In this document: positions 39,296 to 53,000 of the stretch, piece after piece | How positions within the stretch are numbered: the first letter of the stretch is position 1 | Layout: every line of letters begins with the position of its first letter | DNA from: Ranitomeya imitator | Lineage: Eukaryota | Direction of reading: 5' to 3' | DNA length: 64,000 nt | NCBI RefSeq assembly: GCF_032444005.1 | Contig: NC_091289.1 | Coordinates: forward strand, 14,446,001-14,510,000 | Program-made: the position numbers and the translations under genes | Notes under the pieces: generated by a model | What the model saw: only the letters and a program-made list of their open reading frames with translations | Database searches by the model: none | Told to the model about the DNA's origin: nothing

Positions 39296-39380
39296 ATATC
39301 GCTGACATATGTACTAAAGAAAGACAGCGTGAGGGGAAAGATAAAACATCTATATTTTTATGAATTTTCTGTAAAGTTTT

Positions 39381-39386
39381 AATAAA
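39381..39386 (+). terminator. WDR6 polyadenylation signal
   Basis: AATAAA 85 nt after the stop codon. Confidence 0.6.
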
Positions 39387-39464
39387 AATAGTTTTCACGA
39401 GAAAAGCTATTAACATGAAATATTATTAGCAATCTTCATCCATATTCTGCACAGGGGGTAATGG

Positions 39465-41370
39465 TATAATAGTTATATTCTTGTACATAGGGGGCAGTAT
39501 TCTAGTAGTTATATTCTTGTACATAGGAGCAGTATTATAGTAGTTATTCTTGTACATAGGGGCAGTATTATAGTAGTCATATTCTTGTACATAGGGGCAG
39601 AATTATAGTAGTTATATTCTTGTACATAGGAGGCAGTATTATAGTAGTTATATTCTTGTACATAGGGGCAGTATTATAGTAGTTATATTCCTGTACATAG
39701 GAGCAGTATTATAGTAGTTATATTCTTGTACATAGGGAGCAGTATTATAGTAGTTATATCCTTGTACATAGGGGGCAGTATTATAGTAGTTATATTCTTG
39801 TACATAGGAGCAGTATTATTGTAGTTATATTCTTGTACATAGGGGCATTATTATAGTAGTTATATTCTTGTACATAGGAGCAGTATTATAGTAGTTATTC
39901 TTGTACATAGGAGCAGTATTATAGTAGTTATATTCTTGTACATAGGAGCAGTATTATAGTAGTATTATAGTAGTTATATTCTTCTACATAGGAGCAGTAT
40001 TATAGTAGTTATATTCTTCTACATAGGAGCAGTATTATAGTAGTTATATTCTTGTACATAGGGGCATTATTATAGTAGTTATATTCTTGTACATAGGAGC
40101 AGTATTATAGTAGTTATATTCTTGTACATAGGGGCAGCATTATAGTAGTTATATTCTTGTACATAGGGGCAGCATTATAGTAGTTATATTCTTGTACATA
40201 GGAGCAGTATTATAGTAGTTATATTCTTGTACATAGGGGCAGCATTATAGTAGTTATATTCTTGTACATAGGGGCAGCATTATAGTAGTTATATTCTTGT
40301 ACATAGGGGCAGCATTATAGTAGTTATATTCTTGTACATAGGGGCAGTATTATAGTAGTTATATTCTTGTACATAGGGGCAGCATTATAGTAGTTATATT
40401 CTTGTACATAGGGGCAGCATTATAGTAGTTATATTCTTGTACATAGGGGCAGCATTATAGTAGTTATATTCTTGTACATAGGGGCAGTATTATAGTAGTT
40501 ATATTCTTGTATATAGGAGCAGTATTATAGTAGTTATATTCTTGTACATAGGGGCAGCATTATAGTAGTTATATTCTTGTACATAGGGGCAGCATTATAG
40601 TAGTTATATTCTTGTACATAGGGGCAGCATTATAGTAGTTATATTCTTCTACATAGGAGCAGCATTATAGTAGTTATATTCTTCTACATAGGAGCAGCAT
40701 TATAGTAGTTATATTCTTGTACATAGGAGCAGTATTATAGTAGTTATATTCTTCTACATAGGAGCAGTATTATAGTAGTTATATTCTTCTACATAGGGGC
40801 AGTATTATAGTAGTTATATTCTTCTACATAGGAGCAGTATTATAGTAGTTATATTCTTCTACATAGGGGCAGTATTATAGTAGTTATATTCTTGTATATA
40901 GGAGCAGTATTATAGTAGTTATATTCTTCTACATAGGAGCAGTATTATAGTAGTTATATTCTTCTACATAGGAGCAGTATTATAGTAGTTATATTCTTCT
41001 ACATAGGAGCAGTATTATAGTAGTTATATTCTTCTACATAGGGGCAGTATTATAGTAGTTATATTCTTGTATATAGGAGCAGTATTATAGTAGTTATATT
41101 CTTGTACATAGGGGCAGTATTCTAGTAGTTATATTCTTGTACATAGGGGCAGTATTCTAGTAGTTATATTCTTGTACATAGGGGCAGTATTATAGTAGTT
41201 ATATTCTTGTACATAGGGGCAGTATTATAGTAGTTATATTCTTGTACATAGGGGCAGTATTATAGTAGTTATATTCTTGTACATAGGGGCAGTATTATAG
41301 TAGTTATATTCTTGTACATAGGAGCAGTATTATAGTAGTTATATTCTTGTACATAGGGCTAGTATTATAA
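39465..41370. repeat. AT-rich ~35-bp minisatellite
   Basis: Unit GGGGCAGTATTATAGTAGTTATATTCTTGTACATA. Confidence 0.97.
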
Positions 41371-41865
41371 AGTTATATTATTTTATATAATGCTGCCTTT
41401 GGTACTAAAGAAATGTCTGGATTGTCAGAATTCTATAGTACTTTCCATATTCTGGGGATTTCATGGAAACAGGTACGTGACCTTTACAGCAGGAACCCTG
41501 AGCTTGTCTTTGTATGTGGACCTGAATCCGATCCCCGGGTTCTCATTGACTGGCTGTTGCTCTCTTGACAGCTTTTATAATGGATACAAATGTGCATTGT
41601 CAATGTCAGCCTGAATTATTAAGTATTTGCCACCCATGAAAGGCTGATCTACTCCCAACCCAAGAGGCTTAATGAATAATTCATGTCTGTTGATACGAGC
41701 CCTCAGCAGAATCCTCCATGGTTCACCAGTGACACTTGGAGATTGAACTTGGATAGTTGTCCATGCAGAGCATTGGACACACTTTTCTTAGCAATGACCC
41801 CAAAATGCTGAACTATTTGCTTGCGTCTTCTGAAGACCAAAACAGACCTGAATCCACCTTCTGCA

Positions 41866-44800
41866 ATGCACCAAAATAATATCTCCAAGAAATGGAGGTC
41901 CGATAGAGGAAACCCTAAGAGAGTGACAGTGATGGTGCCGGGTCATGAAGCTGAAGGTGGTACACGTGTGGCACCGTTGACCCCCAGGCTTTGTCTAAAG
42001 ACCGAACATTCTCCAGCTTCGTCTCCAAGAAGCCTGGGTGATTGCAAGAACAACAAAGGAGCTCGGCGGGAGAACTCGCTACAAAAGGTAAATACATTTT
42101 TCATGTGTAATTTTATATTAATCTTGATTGGTGGTAGTCCCCTCTAATGGAGGAGAGACGGGTGGTGGTGGAGTCGCCCTCTACTATCATGCTGTTTCCT
42201 AGTTCTCTTTGTTGGAGGTAATCCTGGATCCACGCTTATCATTGCCCAAGTAGGTCTGACTCACATTTCCCTAATATTTGGGGGGCATAGTCTTTTATAG
42301 GGGTGTTCTCCAGGTTCTATTTTCATAAATGCACTTACCCTGCCTCCTGGATTGCTGCTCGCCAAGGGGCAGTGTCCTTCTGATGATTGACCGTTCAGAG
42401 CAGTGGCATGGATGAGGGGCTAGTCCAAACTGCGCTGATGCTGCTAGCAGAGGCAACGTTACCTCTGCTGCATGGGAGTAGTGTTTGGTAACGACACTGG
42501 CAGGATCCCGCCATCTATCCAGCTTCAGAGCAGTGTTTGCAAGCTCCATCTAACAAACAGCTTGCAAGAGCACGCACCTTGTTTAGAATACCTCAGCAAT
42601 GAGCAGTAACCTAAAGAGGTAAACCGCAAAGTTGTTTGTTGTTACAAGCACTTTGCGAATGTACCCATTAAATAAGATGAGACACCCCCTATAAGAAGTT
42701 GCAATGTGATGAGTTACATGGACCATGTCACACTCGTAGTATTATTTTCTATCCCAGATACCAGCCGATGCCAAATGCCCGGATATTGCATTAAATGAAC
42801 GTGCGGCTGACAGAGGAAGACTATCTGCTTTGCCGTTAATCAAGAAAGGAGCAGGAAAGGTCACAGGTATGGGCTGTGCAGGCGGCATATGGGTCGGGCG
42901 GGCATCTTTGCCTATGACACGCTCCCGTGGGGAGATGTTGGGCTTTTAAATGCAGCTGTTGGGGGCATGGAAATGTAACCAGTCAAGCGTGACTTTACGC
43001 CACTCTCAGAGGTTTGTCTGGCTCCGACCACAATTGCGCCCTCATTAGGGTGGGCCGGGTACCGCCAGCTGTGATCTTCCATCTGCCGCATAAGAAAAGC
43101 ACTGACACTTGCCAATGTCTGTAAATGGCAAGTTCAGGTAATGAAGGGGGCTTCCACTGCACTTGGCACGTTATGGTGGGTGTCAGTGTCGCCCCTTGGT
43201 GCGATGGTTTACATATTATATGTCAGGGGGCGGTAATCGCGCTGCCCCTCTCATTATAGGGCAATCTACGAGAAATACATGAAAGGTGCCTACGCCCGAT
43301 GCCAGATTTATAGTCTAATTTACGCACATTAAATCCACGTTTAGCCACCTGCTCTTTTATACCGGCCGTAATGGTGGAGGCTTCACTGATCTCGTGGCTG
43401 CTGCCGGTGTCAGGTATCTGATAGAGTTCTGTATTCTAAGACTAGGAAATGAATGAAGGTTAAACTAGAAAATATAAGTTACCGTCCTTATTAATAGTGA
43501 CGAGTAGAAGAAACTTTATTTTTTCTCACAATACTGCCTAATATAACCCCATTTTTGACAATTACATTTTTTTCTTTTTTGTTACAGTGGTCGCAGTTTA
43601 GAATTGCACATTTTTTCAGGTCTACGACTATGACTGGAAATAAACCATTAAGCTATAACTATATTTTTTTACCTTGTTATTAAAGGGGATGCCTAGGACA
43701 TTCATACTGATGGCCTATCCTTAAAATAGGTCAATATGAGATCCATGGGTGTCACACACTTGGCACCCCCACGATAAACTGCAGGTCCTGTAGTATCCTG
43801 AAATACAAAGTGTATAGAGCCAGAACACCAGACCGACGTACATGGGGTAGTGGCCGTTGTCAGGTGCTGCAGCTCACTTGCTATTGAAGTGAATGTGATG
43901 TAAACTGTAGCACCTGAGAACAAGCACTACATTATGTGTATGGCGTTGTGCTTCTCTGGGGCTGTACACTCTGTATTTCAGTCTGCAGTGAGGGTGTTGG
44001 ACTCTCACTAATCTCATTGATTTACTACCCTAATTACAGTCCTCAACATTGAAACTGCAACACAAAGAAGGAAATGTTGTGGAACCATCAAAATCCACTG
44101 CTGGCAGCGCCCATTAAAATTGCCAACAAGTCACGTCCTGGATGTGATTGTTACGAGACAAGTCTGGAAACGTTGCAGCCATGGTACCACGTTTAGGCCA
44201 TGCAGGCTGCTCACAGTAGCACCAGCAACATGTGGCATGGTGACGTGTTGAGAATCAGCTCCTGGGACTCTGGAGAAATGGCCGCACCACTGGTTCCACA
44301 ATTGATCTATTCTATATTGCCAAGACTAAGGTTTCAGACAGTAAACCGTCAGGAGGCATGTACACGGATCTGGATGATTTGTCTTAGTGCCTTCAGCACA
44401 GAACATCCCTCAATCCTTCATAACCTGACAGATCGCAGCCGAGGCTGGAAGTGCCGGGATTTCTGCACGAGTCGCTTTCTTATCACTTGCCAATCAGTAT
44501 CCTCTCTGTCCATTTTGTGACTTCCATAACCCCACACCTTTTCCTTCTTGGTGTTGTAGTTTCAGAGTTGTGTAGAAAAAAAAAAAAAGACATCTCTTTT
44601 GCCTGTTACCATTTACCTCCATTACATTTAGTTGTCTATCCTCGATCATTTAATCCCCTCCCTGTCTTTAAGGTTTGTTTTTGCATAGAAACTTCACAGA
44701 AATCCTTAGAATATCCTGAATGTTTCACCATGCTCTTAGAAGTCTCTTATGAAGGCTGTTGCATTAACATGATTCTGTAGTTCAGCATGGTCTTGCTGCT

Positions 44801-45762
44801 CTAACTTTCCAGTTTCTTTTCATCAGCATTCTGCCAGCACCATGGGTGCTGTAAATTCCGTTCCCCTCATACACTGCTCCTGCCTTTATCAACTGGTTTG
44901 CCTGTCCGAAACTAAATCCTTGCCTGTTATACCTGTAGACAAGAACGCAGGAGCAGGGAAAGACCCCCTATACTTCATGTACACAGATAAAAGATCCATC
45001 TCCTCTTCCTGCAGCGATAAATACCCCCCACTACCTGTAATCCTGCGGTTACAGACAGATTACCTTCCTGTGGCCGGCGTGGAGGAATTGATTTCTCTAA
45101 GGTTATTTTTAAAGAAATTGATCTAGGTCCTCTGCTGTGCGCCACAGGACAGAGTCCATCTATTATGGGATCTTATATAATGGCGGATATAAACTTATAA
45201 ATCTGAATGTTATTTCTTGTTCTTAGACCTAATATTACTCTATTCTCCAGCTGTATGTGTCCGAGATACTGGCAAGAATACGATCCTCACCCCCATTGTG
45301 AAGGCGTCACCAACCAGCCGGAAGCCGAAACCTCAGCCCATCCTTGCCAGTGATATGTCACCATGGGTCAGAGCGTCTCCTTCAGAGACCTCGCTGACAT
45401 GTCTCCTTCACAGCATCCCGTCTCCAAAGACGTGCCCTGACAACATGGCTGACTGCCCGCAAAGCCAGAAGGAGTCTGCCAACAAGGACAACTGGAGCCC
45501 CAAAGCAAGCCCTTCTGAACAGCCACCATCCAAAGACAAGGGTAATGGCAGAGCTAAACTCCGGGGCCGAAACGGAGTGACCAAGAGACGGTCCTTTAAT
45601 AAATTCCATCATCTAAAATTACCTCCGGTCCCTGCCGTCACCGAGCTCAACTTCAGCCGCAACTTCAGCTTTTCATTCTTTGAGTTACCTCAATATCAGG
45701 GTCCTCAACACTGGCTCCAGCGGCAGAAATACGTGTATATGGTAATGAGACAACTGCAATAA
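41866..45762 (+). CDS. Uncharacterised protein, about 280 aa, 3 coding exons, 5' end uncertain
   Basis: Exons 41866-42087 (donor AAG|GTAAAT, phase 0), 42758-42866 (TTTCTATCCCAG acceptor, G|GTATGG donor, phase 1) and 45251-45762 (TATTCTCCAG acceptor, phase 1) join in frame over 843 nt. AATAAA overlaps the stop at 45758-45763. Confidence 0.6.
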
Positions 45763-45817
45763 ACCGGCTATAAATGTGTCCTGCGGTGAATTCATGCACA
45801 ATGTCACTTCATGTAAT

Positions 45818-46465
45818 GGGGCAGTATTATAGTAGTTATATTCTTGTACATAGGGGCAGTATTATAGTAGTTATATTCTTGTACATAGGAGCAGTATTAT
45901 AGTAGTTATATTCTTATACATGGGGGCAGTATTTATAGTAGTTATATTCTTGTATATAAGAGCAGTATTATAGTAGTTATATTCTTGTACATAGGGGCAG
46001 TATTAGTAGTTATATTCTTGTACATAGGAGCAGTATTATAGTAGTTATATTCTTGTACATAGGAGCAGTATTATAGTAGTTATATTCTTGTACATAAGAG
46101 CAGTATTATAGTAGTTATATTCTTGAACATAGGGGGCAGTATTATAGTAGTTATATTCTTGTATATAAGGGGCAGTATTATAGTAGTTATATTCTTGTAC
46201 ATAGGAGCAGTATTATAGTAGTTATATTCTTGTACATAGGGGCAGTATTATAGTAGTTATTCTTCAACATAGGGGGCAGTATTATAGTAATTATATTCTT
46301 GTATATAAGAGCAGTATTATAGTAGTTATATTCTTGTACATAGGAGCAGTATTATAGTAGTTATATTCTTGTACATAGGAGCAGTATTATAGTAGTTATA
46401 TTCTTGTACATAGGAGCAGTATTATAGTAGTTATATTCTTGTACATTATAGTAGTTATATTGTTG
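45818..46465. repeat. Second array of the ~35-bp AT-rich minisatellite
   Basis: Same unit and orientation as 39465-41370. Confidence 0.95.
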
Positions 46466-47005
46466 AATAACTTGATTCCTATTCCTTAGACGTTAGTAGT
46501 CCACTATGATGTATACCTCATACATACAGAACATTTATCAGCTACACAAATAAAGTAAGACCACATCTTTCTTAAATAAAAGCACTTTATTATCTTCGAT
46601 GTAAAGTGCATTTTACCAGCTTTTGCCATTAATAGTTATCATGGATGATAACTCACAATAAATGTTAAATCTGGGATATTGACAATATTTACATATTTCT
46701 CCCGAATCAGCCATAGTCTCATTACGCTCCACATTGGATAGATTTCTGGAATATTTCAGGTTGAGAAGAGTAAGATAAGTATCTGGCAAACTTATTGGAC
46801 GCTGCTTATTTCCATGGGAAAATTGGATGAGTATTATGGCGTCACCCCCGACCCCATTTGCTGGTGATGGTTACAACATTTCTTTCAATGTCTGTGTCTT
46901 ATCATTCCTCCTCGTAAGACCACTTGTACCCCAGGTGTACAGGCTAAAGCCATAACCATAGCTAGTCCATGAATGCATCAGCCCCATGTTGTCTGATCTT
47001 CAGTC

Positions 47006-50000
47006 CTATATCTGGGTTAGTGGTAAAATGTGAAGCGTCTTTAATGCTGAATGCAGAACACTCTGAACGGCTTTCATCAGCTGCAAGCGAGCAAACATCT
47101 GACTGAAGAGATGAGGTAGCGGCTCCTGCAAAAATCATGAAACTTGTTTTATTGAGCTGCAAACTAAAAAAAAAAAAGCAATCTGTAGACAAAGCAGTGT
47201 GATATCACTCACCCCTAAAATGTGCACCCTGTTGTAGTAACAGCTGAAGTCCATACTGAGGCGGACAAGGAATTTACACACCTGAAATAAAGCCAATAGT
47301 CAATGTCTACTACATCGGCCCTGATAACTGGGAGGCCAGAAGTGGGATGTTGTGCAGCTGTAGAGATGCTCTGATGTAGTCAGGCCCAATTCAGGGCTTA
47401 GCAGCTATTGCAATAATCTAAACCTTCCATCACGCCCTGATGATGCGACAGTCCCAGTAACGAGGCTCGTCCAGACGTCTGTGACGCTCGATCCAAGCAT
47501 GGACTGTGTGCAGATCTCCCGATAGCTGCCTATGAGGCGGACACACACAGGTCGGGAGACCCACAGACAGTCCATGCTAGGCCCAAATTTCACAAACATC
47601 TGCATGAGCCCTTAGGAGGTGACTGTATGTATGCAGCTATCTCCATTCACTTCTATGGAAGATATTGAAACATGTACGGTAATTAAAGGATCATTCCCAA
47701 AATTGTAAGTTATCCCCCTGTTCTATGGATTTGGGGATCCAACTTCAGGGCCCCCCAAAGATTACAAGAACGGGGATCTAAATTGCAGGAACCAGACTTT
47801 GAGAATGGAGTGAGGATGGTGCATTCTTGACCTCCGCTCTATTCACTGTCTATGGGACTTCCAGAAAACAAGCAAAGAGCTGTATTCCACTTTCCCAGCA
47901 GCCCTAGCTGACCATACGCACCTTAGATCCATTCAAGACAGGGATCTGCAGAATGCTATTGTGGGATCCACAGCCCCATTCAGGGGGGTCCCACAGGTCA
48001 GAGCTGCAGCAACCAGTAATTAATCCCCTATCCTATATATAGGGGGTAACATACAGTTTGGGGGAATTAACCTTTAAGCATGCGTGGCTGTTTCCATAAT
48101 TGCTATTACAGTAAAGCATTGCAGACACATCTTCCTCTGCCTGAATCCCTGTGGGGGGCCTCACATTCTGGTGATAGGTGCGGGTACCAGAGGTGGGCAC
48201 TGCATTTATTATGACATTTACAGTGTATGCTGTAGAGAAAAAAAAAACCCTGAAAAGTGACCGTGCATTTATCATGGATAGTCACTCTGCCTGGTGGCCT
48301 CCACTTGCCTCTCGCTCATCAGGTCCTCGTGCTTCCAAGTGACCCGGCACAGTGGGGGCTCGGCGGTAAGTGTGAACCACCGCTTCCCTGTGCTGATGAC
48401 TTTGTACCTATGGCCGCCCCTTGCAGGAGCACCAATAAAGCATCAAATCTAAAGTTACATTAAAGAATATGTTTGAAATTCTTTTGTGAAAGTAATTTAG
48501 GTGTTACCATAAGTCCCAGATATAGCAGAGCCAGATTCATAATTCAGCCCTACTACATCTCTGCATTTGTCAGGGTCCTGGTTGCTTTCATAGTAAGCAA
48601 GGCCAGGAGATATCTTACCGACTCGGTGTTGGCTGTGACCCGGATCCCGGGGGAGCTCGCTGACATCTGTGCCGACTGGCTGAGCACCTCTGGGAACATC
48701 ATGACATAATTAAAGAGAAGGAGCCATTCTCCCTGTGTGATGAAACAGAAGTTGTGTTCCAGCCCTAACAGGCAACCGTCCAAAACAGAACATGATCTTT
48801 GCTTTACAACTTCTGCTCCCTATAAATGATTTGTCAGACAAATAATAAACACCAGGGGGCGCCACGCTCTTTGATGGCACATGGAGTAGCGCTCTCTCAC
48901 CTGTTCCCGTAGACTGGAGTAGTTGAGATCTGCGGCTGGTGGGAACTCTGGATAGGTGCCTGACAAAAGACGGATCACTTTTATAGCCTGAACTGTCACT
49001 CACCTGCTGCCCACAAGTAGCTGACAGATACAGTACCTTGACTGACAGCCCCTTTATAGCTGTCAAACATGGTGGCCAGACGGGCGCAGTTATACATCAC
49101 AAATGCGCCACTTTTTGTTCCCTTGGTTGTGATGTTGGCCTCCTCCAAGTTCAGGTTCACCTTCATGAGAAATAATAATAATAAAAAAAAAAAATGCAAT
49201 TGTAATTTATGACTACAGAACGGGTAACATACCAGACTGGAATTAGGTTTTTCTTTCCGCTTGTCCCACTTATTTCTGTTCACCCCCAAGCATGTACCTA
49301 GAGAGGGCTCATGGGTGAGGAATGTCCACATACACCACTATGGAGGTATTCCTCCGCCATGGATGCACTGTATGTAGCTGTAGTCACCATTTTTGCAGTC
49401 CCTAAAAAGTCCCAAGTGCTGAAATTTAATACAGACCTCATTATGAAGAGCAACCCCTGCTCTCTTTTCATGAAAAAAAATAAACACTTTCACAAACCCT
49501 TTTAATATTTCCTAATGCCTCTAAAATAAAAAAATGAAGCAACTTTGCAAATAGTCTTGCATTTTGGGAATACAGCTCCAGAGCTATGCGTCTCCATAGA
49601 TATAGACTACAAACAAACACTGTGGTCCGATCCTGATCCATCTTCCCTTACTCCTCCTATGTCAAAACTGTGGCTTTCCAGGGACAACTCCAAGGATGCC
49701 CTGACAGCAGCAGAATAGTGGGCAGAGCAGAACTCTCCACTGGCGTACAGTGCCTTGCGAAAGTATTCGGCTCCCTGGAACTTTTCAACCTTTTCCCACA
49801 TATCATGCTTCAAACATGAAGATACCAAATGTTACTTTTTGGTGAAGAATCAACAACAAGTGGAACAAAATTTATTGCTTATATTAAATTTTTGTGGAAA
49901 TTCAAAAACTGAAAAGTGGGGGGTGCAATATTATTCGGCCCCTTTACTTTCAGTGCAGCAAACTCACTCCAGAAGTTCATTGTGGATCTCTGAATGATCC

Positions 50001-53000
50001 AATGTCGTCCTAAATGCCCAATGATGATAAATATAATCCACCTGTGTGTAATCAAGTCTCCGTATAAATGCACCTGCTCTGTGATAGTCTCAGGGTTCTG
50101 TTTGAAGCACAGAGAGCATCATGAAGACCAAGGAACACAACAGGCAGGTCCGTGATACTGTTGTGGAGAAGTTTAAAGCCGGATTTGGATACAAAATGAT
50201 TTGCAAAACTTTAAACATCCCAAGGAGCACTGTGCAAGCGATCATATTGAAATGGTATCACACCATTGGAAATCTACCAAGACCCGGCCGTCCCTCTAAA
50301 CTTTCATCTCAAACAAGGAGATGACTGATCAGAGATGCAGCCAAGAGGCCCATGATCCCTCTGGATGAACTGCAGAGATCTACAGCTGAGGTGGGACAGT
50401 CTGTCCATAGGACAACAATCAGTCGTACACTGCACAAATCTGGCCTTTATGGAAGAGTGGCAAGAAGAAAGCCATTTCTCAAAAATATCCATAAAAAGTG
50501 TCGTTTAAAGTTTGCAACAAGCCACCTGGGAAACACCAAACATGTGGAAGAAGGTGCTCTGGTCAGATGAAACCAAAATCGAACTTTTTGGCAACAATGC
50601 CAAATAATATGTTTGGCGTAAAGGCAACACAGCTCATCACCCTGAACACACCATCCCCACTGTCAAACATGGTGGTGGCAGCATCATGGTTTTGGGCCTG
50701 CTTTTCTTCAGCAGGGACAGGGAAGAAGGTTAAAATTGATGGGAAGATGGATGGAGCCAAATACAGGACCATTCTTGAAGAAAACCTATTGGATCCCAAC
50801 CATAAAGCAAAATCTACAATGGAATGGTTCACAAATAAATGTATCCAGGTGTTAGAATGGCCAAGTCAGAGTCCAGACCTCAATCCAATCGAGAATCTGT
50901 GGAAAGGGCTGAAAACTGCTGTTCACAAACGATCTCCATCAAACCTCACTGAGCCCGAGCTGTTTGCCAGGAAGAACGGGTGAGAATTTCAGTCTCTCGA
51001 TGTACAAAGCTGATAGAGACATCCCCCCAAGCGACTTGTAATCGCAGGAAAAGGTGGCGCAACAAAGTATTAAGTTACAGGGGCCGAATAATATTGCACG
51101 CCCAACTATTCAGTTTTTGAATTTCCACAAAAAATTTAAATAACCAATAAATTTCGTTCAACTTCACAATTGTGTTCCACTTGTTGTTGATTCTTCACCA
51201 AAAATTTACATTTGGTATCTTTATGTTTGAAGCATTATATGTGGGAAAGGGTTGAAAAGTTCCAGGGAGCTGAATACTTTTGCAAGGCACTGTAGCTTAT
51301 TATATACTAGATGGTGGCCCGATTGTAACGCATCGGGTATTCTAGAATATGCATGTAGTTTATTTATGAAGTTTTCAGAATGCAATTTATACACAGGATT
51401 CAGCCGGCTGTGACCAATTAGCGAAGCGTGGTTCAAATTCCGCTCCAATTCGCGGGTGTACTATGCCTGTCGCTGATTGTTTGCGGCCGGGCGTGACCAA
51501 TCAGTGAAGCCAGGGCCGGCTCCAGGTTTTTGAGGGCCCCGGGCGAAAAAAAAGTCTCAGTGGGTCCCCCCTCTTTAACACATACCACGATTCATGATGC
51601 ACAGATACAGTAGAGAAATATAGCACAGCCAAGTAGTGTATAACACAGCCCACATAGTATATAGCACAGACACGTAGTATATTGCACAGCCACGTAGTAT
51701 ATAGCACAGAGACGTAGTATATAACACTGCCCATGCAGTATATAACACAGGCCACGTAGTATAGAGCACAGCGATGTAGTATATTGCCCAGCCCATATAG
51801 TATCTAACACAGCCCACGCAGTATCTAACACAGCCCACGCAGTATATAGCAATGTGGGCACCATATCCCTGTTAAAAAAAAAGAATTAAAATAAAAAAAT
51901 AGTTATATACTCACCCTCAGTCAGCCCCCCAGATCCTCATCTCGCGAGACCAATGCATGGATCGGTCACCGGAGCGTTGCGAGGAGCGGAAAAGGCCTCG
52001 GCTGGATCCGGGGGCCCACGGAAGGTGAGTACATAATCATTTTTTATTATTTTTAACATTAGATCTTTTTACTATTGATGCCGCATAGGCAGCATCAATA
52101 GTAAAAAGTTGGTCACACAGGGTTAATAGCAGCTTTAACGGACTGCGTTACACCGCGGCATAACGTGGTCCGCTAACGCTGCCATTAACCCTGTGTGAGC
52201 ACTGACTGAAGGGGACTAAGGAGCGGCCATTTTGCCACTGGACTGTGCCCATCGCTGATTGGTCGTGGCCGTTTTGCTGCGACCAATCAGCGACTTGGGA
52301 TTTCCGTGACAGAACGAAAGAAGGACAGACAGAAGTGGACCTTAGACAATTATATAGTAGATTTATTACACACGCACACATACATATAATGCTTTCCAGG
52401 ACTATATTACCCGAGAGCGATGAGGAGTTGCCATTAACTCAAACTTGATTGCAGCGGAGGTCAGAGAGTTGATAATTTCCTCCCAGCTCTCACCTAGACA
52501 TAAAGCAAGGACATGAGCCGTGACATCACACATCGACAGATGACATCATCAGTAAACATCTCTGATTGCTGGACGTTACAAGCCGTCGTCTGCAGAGCTA
52601 ATGTTGCACAAATGTCTCTACGTAAGATACAGATGTGATAACTAAACGTTCGGCTGCATTCACACATCCATTCTATAAACAGACAGGACAGTGACCCGGA
52701 GAGAGTCACTCATTCATACTTTCCCCAGTTTTAAACACGGATCCATATTTCCAATCCGTGAGACTTGGAGCGTGTCCTATTCTCATCGGTTTTGTGAATC
52801 ATACTCAGCCACTAAAGTCTATGATGCTCAGTGTAAAACTAATTAAGCTTTGTACAACAGTGACGCATCGGTGTTTCATCCGACATAACTGATCCAATGA
52901 ATAAATGAAAGTTCACATAGTTTACACCTCCTTCAATTTTTTAAAAAATAAGAGAAAAATGGATGGAAGACTGTTGACACGAGAGATAAACTCTGTTTTT

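Noticed and set aside
44200-44520. 106-aa ORF as an extra exon of the unrecognised gene
   Set aside because: Its candidate donor (AG|GTTTCA) is weak and phase 2, and the 42866-45251 junction is already in frame without it.
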